Source: a virus
Lineage: Duplodnaviria > Caudoviricetes
IMG/VR virus record: IMGVR_UViG_3300020037_002952
Span: 49,330 to 113,329 of that record
Length of the DNA: 64,000 nucleotides
Reading direction: 5' to 3' (one strand)
Shown: one piece after another, positions 49,645-60,411 of the stretch
Numbering within the stretch: the first letter of the stretch is position 1
How the letters are laid out: each line of letters begins with the position of its first letter
Notes under the pieces: generated by a model
What the model was told of the DNA's origin: nothing
Databases searched by the model: none
Seen by the model: only the letters and a program-made list of their open reading frames with translations
Position numbers and translations under genes: made by a program

Positions 49645-51017
49645 TTTGTTTCTCCGAGATAGGCAATTGTGTAAACTTTGTCGAGGTAGTTGGGATTTTT
49701 TACGAAATATCCATCTGACTCCAGATACCAACCGGTGCCGCCGCCTCCGAGATAATAACCACCACTGTTATTACAAACCAATGACCCTGCCGGAAGTTTT
49801 TGAATTTCATTCCAAGTTACTGCATCGCCAACTTCTAGGGGCTTTGGTGGTAGGTATTCCAAATAGAATCCATAGTTAGGTGTACTTTTGGCTTTATATG
49901 TAAAAGCCGATCGCTCCCATTTACATGCAAGGTCTACACGCAGCCATAGTTCATCATACATGTTGCGAATAATTGAACCCAATGGCAACTCGGAGAGTTC
50001 TTTGTCTGTAAGTTTTTGTCCAATATAGTGTGTCAGCATATAACTCCAACTTCTAGAAGATATTTGATTTTGACTGTCTCAATGCTCTTGTGCATGATGT
50101 CCCAATTATGGATAATTTCTTCCTCGTCCTCTTCGGCTTCTTCATCATAGTCGTCACTGGCGATAAATAATCCGCCAGTAGTTACAAGAACACTCCACTC
50201 CCGACTAAAGAAGTAAGTAAAGACTGTTCCAACGGGAAGATTGTTAACATCTTTTTTCGAAATTTCATCGCCAACCTGTAGCAGCTGTGGCGGAAGATAC
50301 TTAATTGTATAGTTGGCAGACAAAAAAGCTATAGAAGCAATTCGTTCTTTTGCACAATGCCAAACCGAACCGTTTTTTAAAACGAGCACTATGTTTGTTC
50401 TATTTGGAAGGCTGTGAAGAATTGTGCCAACTGGCAGATAGTTAGCTTGATGCGGATTGATTGTTTGACCTAATTTAAACTTCATAATCTCTCCTTTAGC
50501 GGATCGGTAAATAGAAAAACTGGGGGAAGGTTAGCGTTTATGCCCACCAACTTCCCCCAGTTTTTCAGAACTTTACCTACTTTGTGTCAGGGACGTACAC
50601 AAGAGTAAGAGTCTTGGAAGAACTCCAATTCTTTTCCTTACCCTCTTTACCATCCTGGCAGATGGTGGACTTGTCGCCCTTCACCATGTAAATCTTGACA
50701 TCACCCTTAAAGCCAGTACCGGGAGGAAGATTAACAATGTCTGCGGGATAAACGACATCGCCCTTCTTGAAATTCTTCTTCTCGGTAAGACCAAGAGCCT
50801 TATAGGCCCGAGTGATTCCCTCTGAGCAAAACTTAAGCCCCGAGTTACGGTTATCCTCAAGATAAGTCGTGAACTTGTTCTCGGTACTTGTAGTGCTATC
50901 TCCAACATTGTAAATGCCTGCTGCTGCTAGTGCAGTAGCCATTTCTGCCGGATAAGTCCGAGCGGGGTCGGCAAGATACGTAAGGACCTTCTTCTGTGCT
51001 GCATTCAATTTACTCAT
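49641..51017 (-). repeat. Three more 'LPxGS' paralogs (49641-50039, 50033-50485, 50577-51017)
   Basis: LSELPLGSII, LPVGTIL, NLPPGTG, YLPP. Confidence 0.7.
50514..50566. terminator. Bidirectional intrinsic terminator
   Basis: GAAAAACTGGGGGAAG...CTTCCCCCAGTTTTTC. Confidence 0.85.
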
Positions 51018-51112
51018 AGTTATTTCCTTTGTTTGTGTTTGTTGTTAACAACTCTATTGTTTTACCAATAGATCTTTTGGAGGGACTTTCCCTCTCGAAT
51101 TTGAACTATACT

Positions 51113-51142
51113 AGACTATCATGGATCACGTCGCCGAAGCAA
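51113..51142 (-). promoter_or_regulatory. Sigma70-type promoter
   Basis: TTGCTT-N18-TAGTCT with TG extension in a ~210-bp intergenic gap. Confidence 0.5.
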
Positions 51143-51231
51143 GTCGGAAACTGTGAGCACTCTCAGATATAAACTTCTACAAACTTGTAATCGAAATCAG
51201 TTATATCTCCCTGGTGGGTCAGAACAAACTG

Positions 51232-51786
51232 TCACTTCTTAATATTCACTTCGGCAGTTGACTTGCCGGTAGATTCAATTTGGTGGGTAGTCTTATTCCA
51301 TGTTGCTTCACCAGTTTCGGTTTCTACTGGACCTTCCCAATATGTAATCCGGCCATTACCTGAATCATCGACACAAATAACATATGTGCCGGAAGTATCA
51401 CCAGTATAAACGCCAGTTGTTTCCTGCTGGGCAACGACATGATCTTCACTATACCGAGGAGAGTCAATAAGTTTCTCAGGGTTGGTAAGCTGATAGGTCG
51501 CTGGGATAGGAAATCCGATGGATGAACATTCCTTTACCGGATTGGGATTACCCATATGAAACATAAAGGTGGTTGTTGCAGTAGTTCCAATTTGTGCGGC
51601 CTCAATATCAATGAGATTCTGCCGCAACTGACTCCATGCTCCGGTTGGTGCTGGCTGACCTTTTAGTTGTTGCTTTTCATTTCGCTCAACAACTCGTCGC
51701 TCCTGATTGGTAGCGGATGGTTCTGAATCAGAGCAACCAACAGCAACAAGAATAACTAGAGCAACGCATGATAGAATTTTCTTCAT
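51232..51786 (-). CDS. Lipoprotein
   Basis: Signal peptide with lipobox VAVGC. Confidence 0.7.
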   Translation of the reverse strand: MKKILSCVALVILVAVGCSDSEPSATNQERRVVERNEKQQLKGQPAPTGAWSQLRQNLIDIEAAQIGTTATTTFMFHMGNPNPVKECSSIGFPIPATYQLTNPEKLIDSPRYSEDHVVAQQETTGVYTGDTSGTYVICVDDSGNGRITYWEGPVETETGEATWNKTTHQIESTGKSTAEVNIKK

Positions 51787-51798
51787 ATTTATTTTCCT

Positions 51799-52107
51799 TT
51801 AACAGTTGCGTGCAGCAAAGGTTGCCACATCGGTTGGGACAATACTAGTAACTTCAATGTCATAGAAAGCAGCACAAACACTCTTAGTGATATTGGCTTT
51901 TTGTGGGGAATCGCTTAGGCTTTCAAGCTCAACAATGTCATCTCGAATCTTTTCGATGCGTGACGTAACAAAAGCTGTGCTCTGCCTGTCAATGGTCGTC
52001 TGACGATTCACGGAATCTTCCTGCAACCACCATCCACCAAGATATCCACCGACTGTTATCACTACGATAATGACAACAACGGCAATTCCGGCTAGTGCAT
52101 TCTTCAT
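51799..52107 (-). CDS. Membrane-anchored protein
   Basis: N-terminal TM helix and two Cys. Confidence 0.6.
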   Translation of the reverse strand: MKNALAGIAVVVIIVVITVGGYLGGWWLQEDSVNRQTTIDRQSTAFVTSRIEKIRDDIVELESLSDSPQKANITKSVCAAFYDIEVTSIVPTDVATFAARNC

Positions 52108-52135
52108 ATATTCTCTCTTTCTTTTGGGGTTATCT

Positions 52136-52164
52136 ATCTTATCTTAAATCTTAATCCTTGTCAA
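52136..52164 (-). promoter_or_regulatory. Sigma70-type promoter
   Basis: TTGACA-N17-TAAGAT. Confidence 0.7.
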
Positions 52165-52743
52165 TTACTTAAGCAGCGGATTTACCTTTCCGAAATACTC
52201 CTGGTAAGAAGATGTACCTGGCAGTCGGAAGTTGATGCTATTTTCGCGGTCAAGAATTGTCTTGTAAATTTCGTTCAAATCCTGATCAAGCAAATATACT
52301 TCATCCTGTGAATCCTTTAGCTCTTTAGCTGCCTGCATGATCGTTTTAGAAGACTTCAATTCTGGATAACTAAAAAGAATCTCGGGCGTGATATTCTCTA
52401 AAATATCTTTCTCAATATCTGGATACTTCCGCAACTCTTTCACAACAACCTTTTCAACGGTCTGTGTTCTAGTCACCAAAATTTCACGATCATGTTTCAA
52501 TTGAACCGTCTCGTTAAGATCTGATGTCTGGTCATTAGCCATTGAAATGCCGCCAGCAATGAAGATCAGAGAAATGCCCAAAGCGATAGCAATAGTCCAC
52601 AGACCAGTCCACAAACTATCTTTGTATGTGGGGATAGTCTGGTAACGTCGGTTATACTGTTTGCCTGCCTTAGTCCCATCTATCAGAAATACAGCTCCTA
52701 CAATGACTACGATGCTCAAAAAGATCATCATTCCTATAAACAT
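52165..52743 (-). CDS. Two-TM membrane protein with coiled coil
   Basis: Two hydrophobic helices; YPELKS motif. Confidence 0.6.
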   Translation of the reverse strand: MFIGMMIFLSIVVIVGAVFLIDGTKAGKQYNRRYQTIPTYKDSLWTGLWTIAIALGISLIFIAGGISMANDQTSDLNETVQLKHDREILVTRTQTVEKVVVKELRKYPDIEKDILENITPEILFSYPELKSSKTIMQAAKELKDSQDEVYLLDQDLNEIYKTILDRENSINFRLPGTSSYQEYFGKVNPLLK

Positions 52744-54918
52744 GTTATTTCTCCTTATTTGTTATGAGTCTTCTTTTTCTAGAACTTCTGTTGGGTAATT
52801 TGTTCCTTCAAGGTCTTCGGTAAACCATTCAATATAATTTTCTGTAATAAGCTCCTGTTCATTCCTACCAGAGGTAGAAAGCCAACCGATGTTAATCAAC
52901 CTACCGCCGAAACGTATAATGTCATGGCTTGTTTCAGGCGTAATTTGATACGCACAAAGTTTCGGTGAACGCTCATCTGAATTTGGCAACTGATTATAAC
53001 ACTCAGGATTAGAACACTTAAAGACTACTTGTGTTATTCCTAGCTGAGCGTTATGAACAATTGTTAGGTCTGTTCCTTGATGCGCCTGGTCTTTCTTACA
53101 ATCAGAACACCTTAAACCAAATAGTTTACCCTGAAAGGACTTGTTCGTTGTTGTCATATTTCCCTGACTCAAAGAATTGGTTGAGAGCTTCTGTTGGTGA
53201 GCATCTGTTGTTGTAGAAGTACCACCAGTGGAAATCCGGTAACTCTTCCAAAGAGATACCAAGCGTAAAATTAATCTCATCATCTATCTCCTTTAGCCAG
53301 TCATCGAATAGTTTAGATTTCATGATCGTTCTCTCTCATATTGCAATGGTTCTTCTTTACTATAGGAGGTTTGTGGTTCCACTTTGGGACTCCTTGTTTG
53401 GTTTGAAAGAATCTTCAACAACAAAAGACTTGCCGAGAGATTCACGAACCGGCTCTTTAGCGAACGGCTTCTTTAAAGCAGCCCGAATTGTCTTTAGAAT
53501 CTGCTCACGCTTGGAGCGATCAAAGGGAGCAGATGGTGAATCTTTCCAGGCTGGCTTCCCTAACTTAACTGGATTTTTCTTAGCCTCTGCATAAAGCCGC
53601 TCCAATTGCTCAATCTGCTCAGGTGTCCGTTCTTTAATTAGAGCTTTTGGACAATTATCAAGGCGAGTATCAAAGTTACCCGAACCATCTCGTTCTCGTG
53701 CCAGAACTGCTTCAACTTCTGCTTCATCTGGATTTCTCATGCTGTCACCGTTTCTACTAGAGCTTTTGTATGAGGAACATATGCTTTCTTGGGAAATACT
53801 AAACCGACTGTCCCCCGCAAAAGCGCTGGGCCGATATGAGAAACTGTCATAACTAAAGGAGCTTGCGTTCCGTTAGTCCACACTTTCACATCAACTTTAT
53901 AGCCATCGTTTTTGACCCATTCATTGTAGGCTTCTCGTGCATCTTTGTCGCCTAACAGAGCCATTCTCAACGCTTCTACGGGGTCCATATGTCAGTCCTT
54001 TGGTGCTTTAGATTCAACCAACGAGCGAACTCGGGCAAAATCCTCTGGCTTATACTTTCCACCACGGTCCTTATGCAGACCGGAATCGTGCTCGGCATTA
54101 AACTTCAGCATATCTGCCAAAGTACATGCAATTCCCGGTGTTACGTTCTCGAACTCGAAGGTATACGGCTCAAAAGAACCATCCTTCTGTGCGATATCTC
54201 GGGTTACGCTGTAACCGTGGACCTTGATGTCAGTTGCAGTTGTCATGTATCTCTCCTTGTTTTGATTTAGTAGGAATTGTTCTTAGTTAGTTACGCATCG
54301 AACGGTATCGTAAATGTCTGACTTCTCTGTCTTGGAATATCCGACAATCTGAAATAGATTCTCTGGGCTATCATCAATGTACCAAATACCATACCCATCA
54401 AGCAACCGAAAATGGGCATCAGAGTTTTCAAGGTATTTACCGTACAGTGATTCACCTTCGGCTGGGACTAGAGGAACACATACTGATTCTCCAAGAGCAT
54501 AGCCCATCAGACCAATTAAAGCAACAGCTGCTATGCAATAGCAACCAAACAGCAGATCGCTCAATAGCCTTCTCATCGTGAAGATCCAACAAGTAGACGC
54601 AACTCTTGACGAATCTGCGAACGTTGACTACGATCCTTTTCTTTACCTTGACGACCTAGCACACTATTGTCACTAGTCCGATTACCGGCGTACTTAACCT
54701 GCTTGATTGTCATTTTAGTACAACTCCATCATGAGAATGGCTTCAATTTTCTCGAAAGAGAAACCGTAGTCCCACAGGCTTTCAGCCAGCTTAAGTTCCT
54801 CAAGGTTCTCCAGCTTTATTCGTGTAATCCATTCACCATCGGGCGAGAACTTTTCTTGCAGGAGATATTCAGGAGACGTAGTCTTACTGTTGTAGAATCT
54901 AACTTGGTAGTACATTCG

Positions 54919-55632
54919 TTAACCTTTCAGGGTTGCTTCAAGTCGAAGATTGTTCTTAAAGATTACATTCAGCATGAACGGCGGGAGAAAGTGATGGAGA
55001 AACTTCAAGGTAGCTACCGTATCATGCTTCAACATTTTGTTCAGTTCTTCACGAATCCGCTCCGAAGAAACAGAATCGCTAAGAAGTGCTCTTTCTGCTT
55101 CAAATGAAGATACTGCTGCAAGAGTTTCAGATTCCATTGTAAACCCACGAACAACACAAAAACGAAATGCCCGCATAACTCGCAGTCCATCCTCATTGAT
55201 TCTATCAAGAGGATTGCCAACAAATCTCAGCGTGCGAGTATGAATATCATCAATCCCATTATGAGGATCAAGCCATTCGCCAGTCTCTGGATCTTTCGCT
55301 ATTGCATTTACCGTAAAATCTCGACGTGCAAGGTCGGTCAAAATGGTTCCAGGCTCAACAAATTCCGGTCTACGACCATCAGAAGTCTCGGAATCACTAC
55401 GGCAGATAACAAAGTCTGCATCTTTCGTTTCTTTGTAAAGAGGATGATCCTTAGGAACTCCCGCTCTTACGGTAAGAAACTCTTCTTTAATTACATGAAG
55501 AACAAACCCTTGTCGAGTAAGTTCTTTGACCATTTCTTCAAATGAGTTTGCCTCAACAGCAAAGTCAACATCTTTCGTGGGGATGCCAAGAATTTCATCT
55601 CGATTACATCCACCAACTCGCCAGAATTTCAT
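54919..55632 (-). CDS. Class II tRNA nucleotidyltransferase (CCA-adding/poly(A) polymerase family)
   Basis: VGGCNRD, KDVDF, DLARRDFTVNA, EDGLRVMRAFRF, ERIREEL. Confidence 0.93.
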   Translation of the reverse strand: MKFWRVGGCNRDEILGIPTKDVDFAVEANSFEEMVKELTRQGFVLHVIKEEFLTVRAGVPKDHPLYKETKDADFVICRSDSETSDGRRPEFVEPGTILTDLARRDFTVNAIAKDPETGEWLDPHNGIDDIHTRTLRFVGNPLDRINEDGLRVMRAFRFCVVRGFTMESETLAAVSSFEAERALLSDSVSSERIREELNKMLKHDTVATLKFLHHFLPPFMLNVIFKNNLRLEATLKG

Positions 55633-55644
55633 GATTACTTCTTT

Positions 55645-56253
55645 CTATGAGTTATCTCGAATAAGTTGTGCTACTGCTTCAATTGGAATTGGATGATAAC
55701 GCTCTACCCCATACTTTTCCCAATTCGCGTCAACCCCTACGTGTGCCATGCGTTCTCCGTAAAGAGCTAAATCACTGTGGCAATGGCCGTGGATCAGCCA
55801 TAAACCATTGTCTTCGGGCCGAAAATCCGTGTACCTATCGCTTTCGTGCGAGTCGCCGAAATACGGGAAGTGATTCATTTCCACAACATTACCATCAATT
55901 TCAACGGTACCATGGATCTGAATATCTTCAAAGTACACATCGTATTTCTCAAACCACTTTGAAGCATTCTTATTCTTGGGAAACGGATTATCGTGATTAC
56001 CAAGAATCAAGCGCTTGTGGCCGTCAAGCCAATCGAGTAGTGGAAGAGTTTCGCTTCTTTTGCCCATACAAACATCGCCGACAATGTAAACCAGATCTTC
56101 CGCTCCAACAACAGAATTGAAGTTGTCAATCAGCGCCTCATTCATGTCTTCAATAGAAGCCCAAACCGTATGGCGATTTGTATATTCTAGAATATTTTGG
56201 TGCCCAAAATGGAGCTATAGATCTGAGGTAAAAAATACATCAGACATTGGCAT
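55645..56253 (-). pseudogene. Calcineurin-like metallophosphoesterase with an in-frame TAG in motif I
   Basis: FFTSDL*LHFGH (TAG at 56215-56217); VGDV, GNHD, NHFP, HGHCH, HVGVD. Confidence 0.75.
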
Positions 56254-56975
56254 CACCTTTCTTTCCGGCGCTTCGGTACGCCTTTACTATTCTTACCTTT
56301 GAATGTGGAAGTTTGACTATGGCAGTTGGGGCATAAGAACCTAAAGTTCTCCAGTCTATCGTCCAACTTATCGCCGTTTATATGGTCTAATTCTAAAACT
56401 AGCTCTTGTCCTAGCCACTCCGGGTTCTGTTTGCAAACAGAACATATGTATTCTAGTAAACCATCTCTTAAAATGATTCTTCTAGGAATCCTAGACCTAG
56501 CCCCAGTATATCTCTTAACTAGAAACTCTTTAGCATCTGCCTCAAATCTGTCTCCTGCGGCTCGCCAACCCTTAGTTTTCCCGGTGCGAACCATATGAGA
56601 AACATCTGGTTTGTGTGTTTCTATGTACTTGGCTACGGTGTTACGAGAGCAGTCAAGTTTTCTAGAGGCTTCAACCACCGATCTACTCTCAGCGATTATC
56701 TTTTCGATGTCATCGTTTCGTTCGTTATGGGAGCGTTTCTCTCCTAAATGAAATCCAACGTTGGCACATGTAGCACATTTTGCAGAACGGTAGTCTTTAG
56801 ATCTTCCGCATTCGCAAACAATATTAGAATCGCGAATATTTTTGTAGTTTGGATTGTTGGGACCAGCCCAATGCTTTCCCATGCAAGCTTTACTACAGTA
56901 ACGATTAGCTCGATTTGGATAATCGTATCTTTGAAACTCGTCTTCGCAGAACTCGCAAATATAAGTCTTTTTCAT
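56253..56975 (-). CDS. HNH homing endonuclease
   Basis: CEFC..YCSKAC; CSVC...LELDHINGDKLDDRLENFRFLCPNCHSQT. Confidence 0.9.
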   Translation of the reverse strand: MKKTYICEFCEDEFQRYDYPNRANRYCSKACMGKHWAGPNNPNYKNIRDSNIVCECGRSKDYRSAKCATCANVGFHLGEKRSHNERNDDIEKIIAESRSVVEASRKLDCSRNTVAKYIETHKPDVSHMVRTGKTKGWRAAGDRFEADAKEFLVKRYTGARSRIPRRIILRDGLLEYICSVCKQNPEWLGQELVLELDHINGDKLDDRLENFRFLCPNCHSQTSTFKGKNSKGVPKRRKER

Positions 56976-57051
56976 TAAACCCTCCTAGTATAGTAACTAG
57001 TTAATTTAACGACAGACTTACATATATAACAACTACCCTATTTTACTCTTT

Positions 57052-57102
57052 TTAGTTGGCGTGACCGAAATGGATGTCTGACCAGAACCATGTGCTACTC
57101 AT
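57052..57102 (-). pseudogene. 16-aa stub: duplicate metallophosphoesterase N-terminus
   Basis: MSSTWFWSDIHFGHAN* carries the DxHFGH motif. Confidence 0.8.
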
Positions 57103-57285
57103 TTAAATCCATCCTCGGCCAATAACGATAGATGCAGCAATAAATCCGTAGACCACGCCCACAGCGAAAGCCCCAGTATCACCTAGATTGAATAACACTG
57201 ACGTTAACCCGGCCAACACTGTGCCAATAACGATGACAACTACAGCCTTTAACACGTTCATGCTTTTCTCCTTTATTGTTTTGTT

Positions 57286-57361
57286 TGGTAGGGGTGGAAA
57301 GAATTGAACTTTCTACGCAGGTGGAATAAGCACCTCGCTCTGACCGATGAGCTACACCCCC
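57286..57361 (-). tRNA. tRNA-Ile(UAU) with unusual U37; CCA encoded
   Basis: GGGGGTG TA GCTC ATCGGTCA GAGC G AGGTG CT-TAT-TC CACCT GCGTA GAAAG TTCAATT CTTTC CACCCCT A CCA. Confidence 0.8.
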
Positions 57362-57974
57362 AAATCTTTTAAGCCGAAAGTTCCCCCACTTTCTTTGCAA
57401 AGAACTCTCGGGCTTCCTCGACAGTATCAAACGACTCCCAACAAATACGCTTCATTCGACCATGATCGTGAACACGAACATGAAACACACCTTCAAGCCA
57501 AAGCCTTACACTTGTTGCTTCAACGTCAAGACACTCAACGTAACCACAACCTAAAGCATAAAGGTTAAGCCAACCTTCATTAGTGTAACCAACTTCATTC
57601 TTACTGCCTTTACCATGTAGGTGTGGTTCACGGTTGAATGCATTGCATCCTTCTGGGGCTTTCATGATTCTCCTTCGATTTCTGGGTCGTCACATCCGGT
57701 ATCTTCTTCGTGTGAATAGATGACACCATATTCGGCATCTATGTCAGCAACAAAGATATGTCCTTCACAGTTAGCGCATTGAAATTCCCGTTCTTTCGCC
57801 TCGAATGCATCACAAATCTCTTCCGCAACATGCTCCTTCTCACATGAGAGTTTTACATGCCAGCCTTTATCATTAATATCTTTGGCGATGACATGATACT
57901 TCTCCGCCACCGAGTCATAACAAACTGCATATTCAGTCATCTTCTTCTCCTTAGATTCGCGAATGTTGTGGTAG

Positions 57975-58047
57975 TGCGCCCCCCGAGACTCGAACTCGGA
58001 CCTGACAAATTAAAAGTTTGTGGCACTGCCAATTATGCTAGAGGCGC
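57975..58047 (-). tRNA. tRNA-Lys(UUU)
   Basis: GCGCCTC TA GCAT AATTGGCA GTGC C ACAAA CT-TTT-AA TTTGT CAGGT CCGAG TTCGAGT CTCGG GGGGCGC A. Confidence 0.92.
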
Positions 58048-58100
58048 TTGCATTACCGATAGTTGTTCATTAGGCTCGGTAATCACACCTAGTTGGAGAA

Positions 58101-58445
58101 TCAACCGTACTTGATTTCCCCAAAGATTGCAAACTGAACAATCACATCTGCATCTTCTGCATCAAGTTCACCGGCATCATTATCCCGGTTTGCTTCGGCA
58201 ATTCTCTTGCGGTATTCATTCTGTGGCCGCAGATGCTCCAGATAAAGAGCGATGCCTTTTGCAATCGAATCAATATCAACATAGTGCGGACACTCATCTT
58301 CTTCCGCTTCTTCTAGCAGAACAGCAGCATCCTTACTTGGAGTATGGATATACGCATCTGCATAAGCCCAATAATTCACTCCACCTTCGACGGCAGTTGT
58401 AAGAATATCTGCCAGAAATTCTTCTCGTTCGGGACTTCTTGTCAT
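58101..58445 (-). CDS. Conserved acidic phage protein (AVEGGVNYWA...DADVIVQFAIFGEIKYG)
   Basis: Recognisable motif; AAGGA RBS. Confidence 0.6.
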   Translation of the reverse strand: MTRSPEREEFLADILTTAVEGGVNYWAYADAYIHTPSKDAAVLLEEAEEDECPHYVDIDSIAKGIALYLEHLRPQNEYRKRIAEANRDNDAGELDAEDADVIVQFAIFGEIKYG

Positions 58446-59440
58446 GACTGCTTCCTTTCGATTGTGATGGATGGAAGGATACAACCTGTCCCATCATCAA
58501 AGCTTGTTCCGCCAGAATCCCGACAAATTTCTTGTAGGGTCCGCTGATTGTCCATTGAAATCCATGCTACGGCAACCAAAGTGACTACCATAACAATCGC
58601 AAAAATTGTAAGGGCCGGACCAAAGTAACGATCAGTCCTCTCTACACGACGCTTCATCTTTTCTTCATCAACCCAGTATTGATCCCATGCATTCATTTCA
58701 TCTCCAATCTGATATTGTCGAGGCCATTACGGCAAACGTTAAAGCTGGCATTACCTGCATTCCACCTTCGCTTTGGATGGCTTCTATGCTATATCCTTCT
58801 TCTGGCGAACCAAGAAGGAACGCAAATGTTTCGTCAACTTCAAGCATCGGAGCATTTGCTGGCCCGTAGTAGTTTCTTTCTACCGAGCCAAAGGGTTTGG
58901 AATTTCCTTTGGTTACGTTTGGACAACTCAACTGACTCATCGCTTTCTCCTGTTTGGTTTCGGAACTCGTGAAGGATCATTGTGATCCACGAACTTTGCA
59001 ACAGCGAATAGAATCATTACCCCGATAATTATCCAAGGCAAATAGAACCAGAACGCTGCAATGAGAATGTTTAAAGCTACTGAGGCGATCATTAGTTCCA
59101 TCTCGCAATTTCTTGGAGGGTATATTCCGAAGTTGACAACGCCAACTCCATCTGAAGCATTGATTCTTCAACTGCTACCAATGCTGATGAGACACGCAAA
59201 TCAAATGGATTCTCTTTCAAAGCGAGAAATATCGTTTCTCGCAGAGCCAAAGCTTCCAAATAGTCTCCCCGAACTTTTTCCATGCACTCAAGCATTCTAC
59301 GGATACCCGGAGTCATTTGCTATTTCCCTTCTAGGAATGCAAACAGAACTTCTGCTCGCATCTTTTCTTCACAGTTGATCTTTCCCATAACCCACATTGA
59401 AGTAATGAGAATGCGAAACTCTTTCACTTGTCTTGCCTTT

Positions 59441-59773
59441 CTAAACCAGTGTTGGCAGGGGAATCCTGCGAGCTTTATAGCCAGCTTTACGCAGAACTTG
59501 AACGATCCATTCGGTTGTAGGATTCTGACTATGGACCCAAACATTGCTTACCCAAGGGACTCCACCTAGACAAACAAGAAAATCAACAACAATACGAATG
59601 TCTTGATTCTCTCCCAAATCATGGTCAAGATAAAGCTCGATTGCTGGACCATATCGCAAACTTGCTTCACAATATGTTCGTGCAAGAAATGCCAGAGCCT
59701 CATTTTCTGTTCGCAGATAAACAATCTCGTCATCTGTATCGAATGTTCTTTCGTCGTCAATAACAACGATCAT
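59441..59773 (-). CDS. Cyclic-phosphate-processing receiver-like domain protein
   Basis: VIDDER, LDHDLG, VHSQNP. Confidence 0.75.
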   Translation of the reverse strand: MIVVIDDERTFDTDDEIVYLRTENEALAFLARTYCEASLRYGPAIELYLDHDLGENQDIRIVVDFLVCLGGVPWVSNVWVHSQNPTTEWIVQVLRKAGYKARRIPLPTLV

Positions 59774-60084
59774 TTTCAGAACCTTTCTAGTAGGGCGGCT
59801 GAATCTTTGCACAGTTGGCAGTATTCCAAATCCCTGCATCTTCCTGCAAGGTATATCCAAGGATGTGCTTTGCACCATTCCATTTGGCATTGCCATACCA
59901 AACGGCATATCCTTTCCTTCCAACAAGATCGAAGTTGGAATATCCAGGAAAGGATTTCTGAATCGGAATGTGTGGAGCACTTGCGTATGGTGGCGCAATT
60001 TCAATGCAACCATTTCCAGGTTGTGGTTGGCAAGCAGTTGCACCGATTACCAGGATTACCATTGCTGCAAACTTCTTCATTTGA

Positions 60085-60411
60085 TCACCATTCTTCTCTG
60101 AGGGTTTTGGGTGGGCTGGTATTGCTCTTCTTCAACTTGAATGCGGGAATAACATCCCACCATTCGCTTCCATCGTATTCTCCACGGAACATTTGCGTTC
60201 CATCTTTGAACACGATGGTAAGATCTCTCTTGATTTCCTGCCCGCCATATCCACTGTCGTATTCGATGTTGGCAAGTTGACGAAACTTTGGCCAACTCAT
60301 GGAGTATTCCTCTTGCGAGGTATCTCCAATGTAAATGATGTCACCGACCGTCAATCCACGGTCTTCCATCACAAATTTCGTTTCTGCCAGCAAATTTCTC
60401 TTGTCGGTCAT
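60085..60411 (-). CDS. Conserved phage protein (YDSGYG...EYDGSEWW)
   Basis: Recognisable motif. Confidence 0.65.
   Translation of the reverse strand: MTDKRNLLAETKFVMEDRGLTVGDIIYIGDTSQEEYSMSWPKFRQLANIEYDSGYGGQEIKRDLTIVFKDGTQMFRGEYDGSEWWDVIPAFKLKKSNTSPPKTLREEW

Noticed and set aside
46169-51017. Diversity-generating retroelement behind the paralog array
   Set aside because: No reverse transcriptase and no near-identical template/variable repeat pair was seen in the window.
56218-57060. Self-splicing intron joining the phosphoesterase stub to the downstream gene
   Set aside because: Under 100 nt of non-coding flank is too little for a ribozyme core, and the motif is duplicated rather than split.
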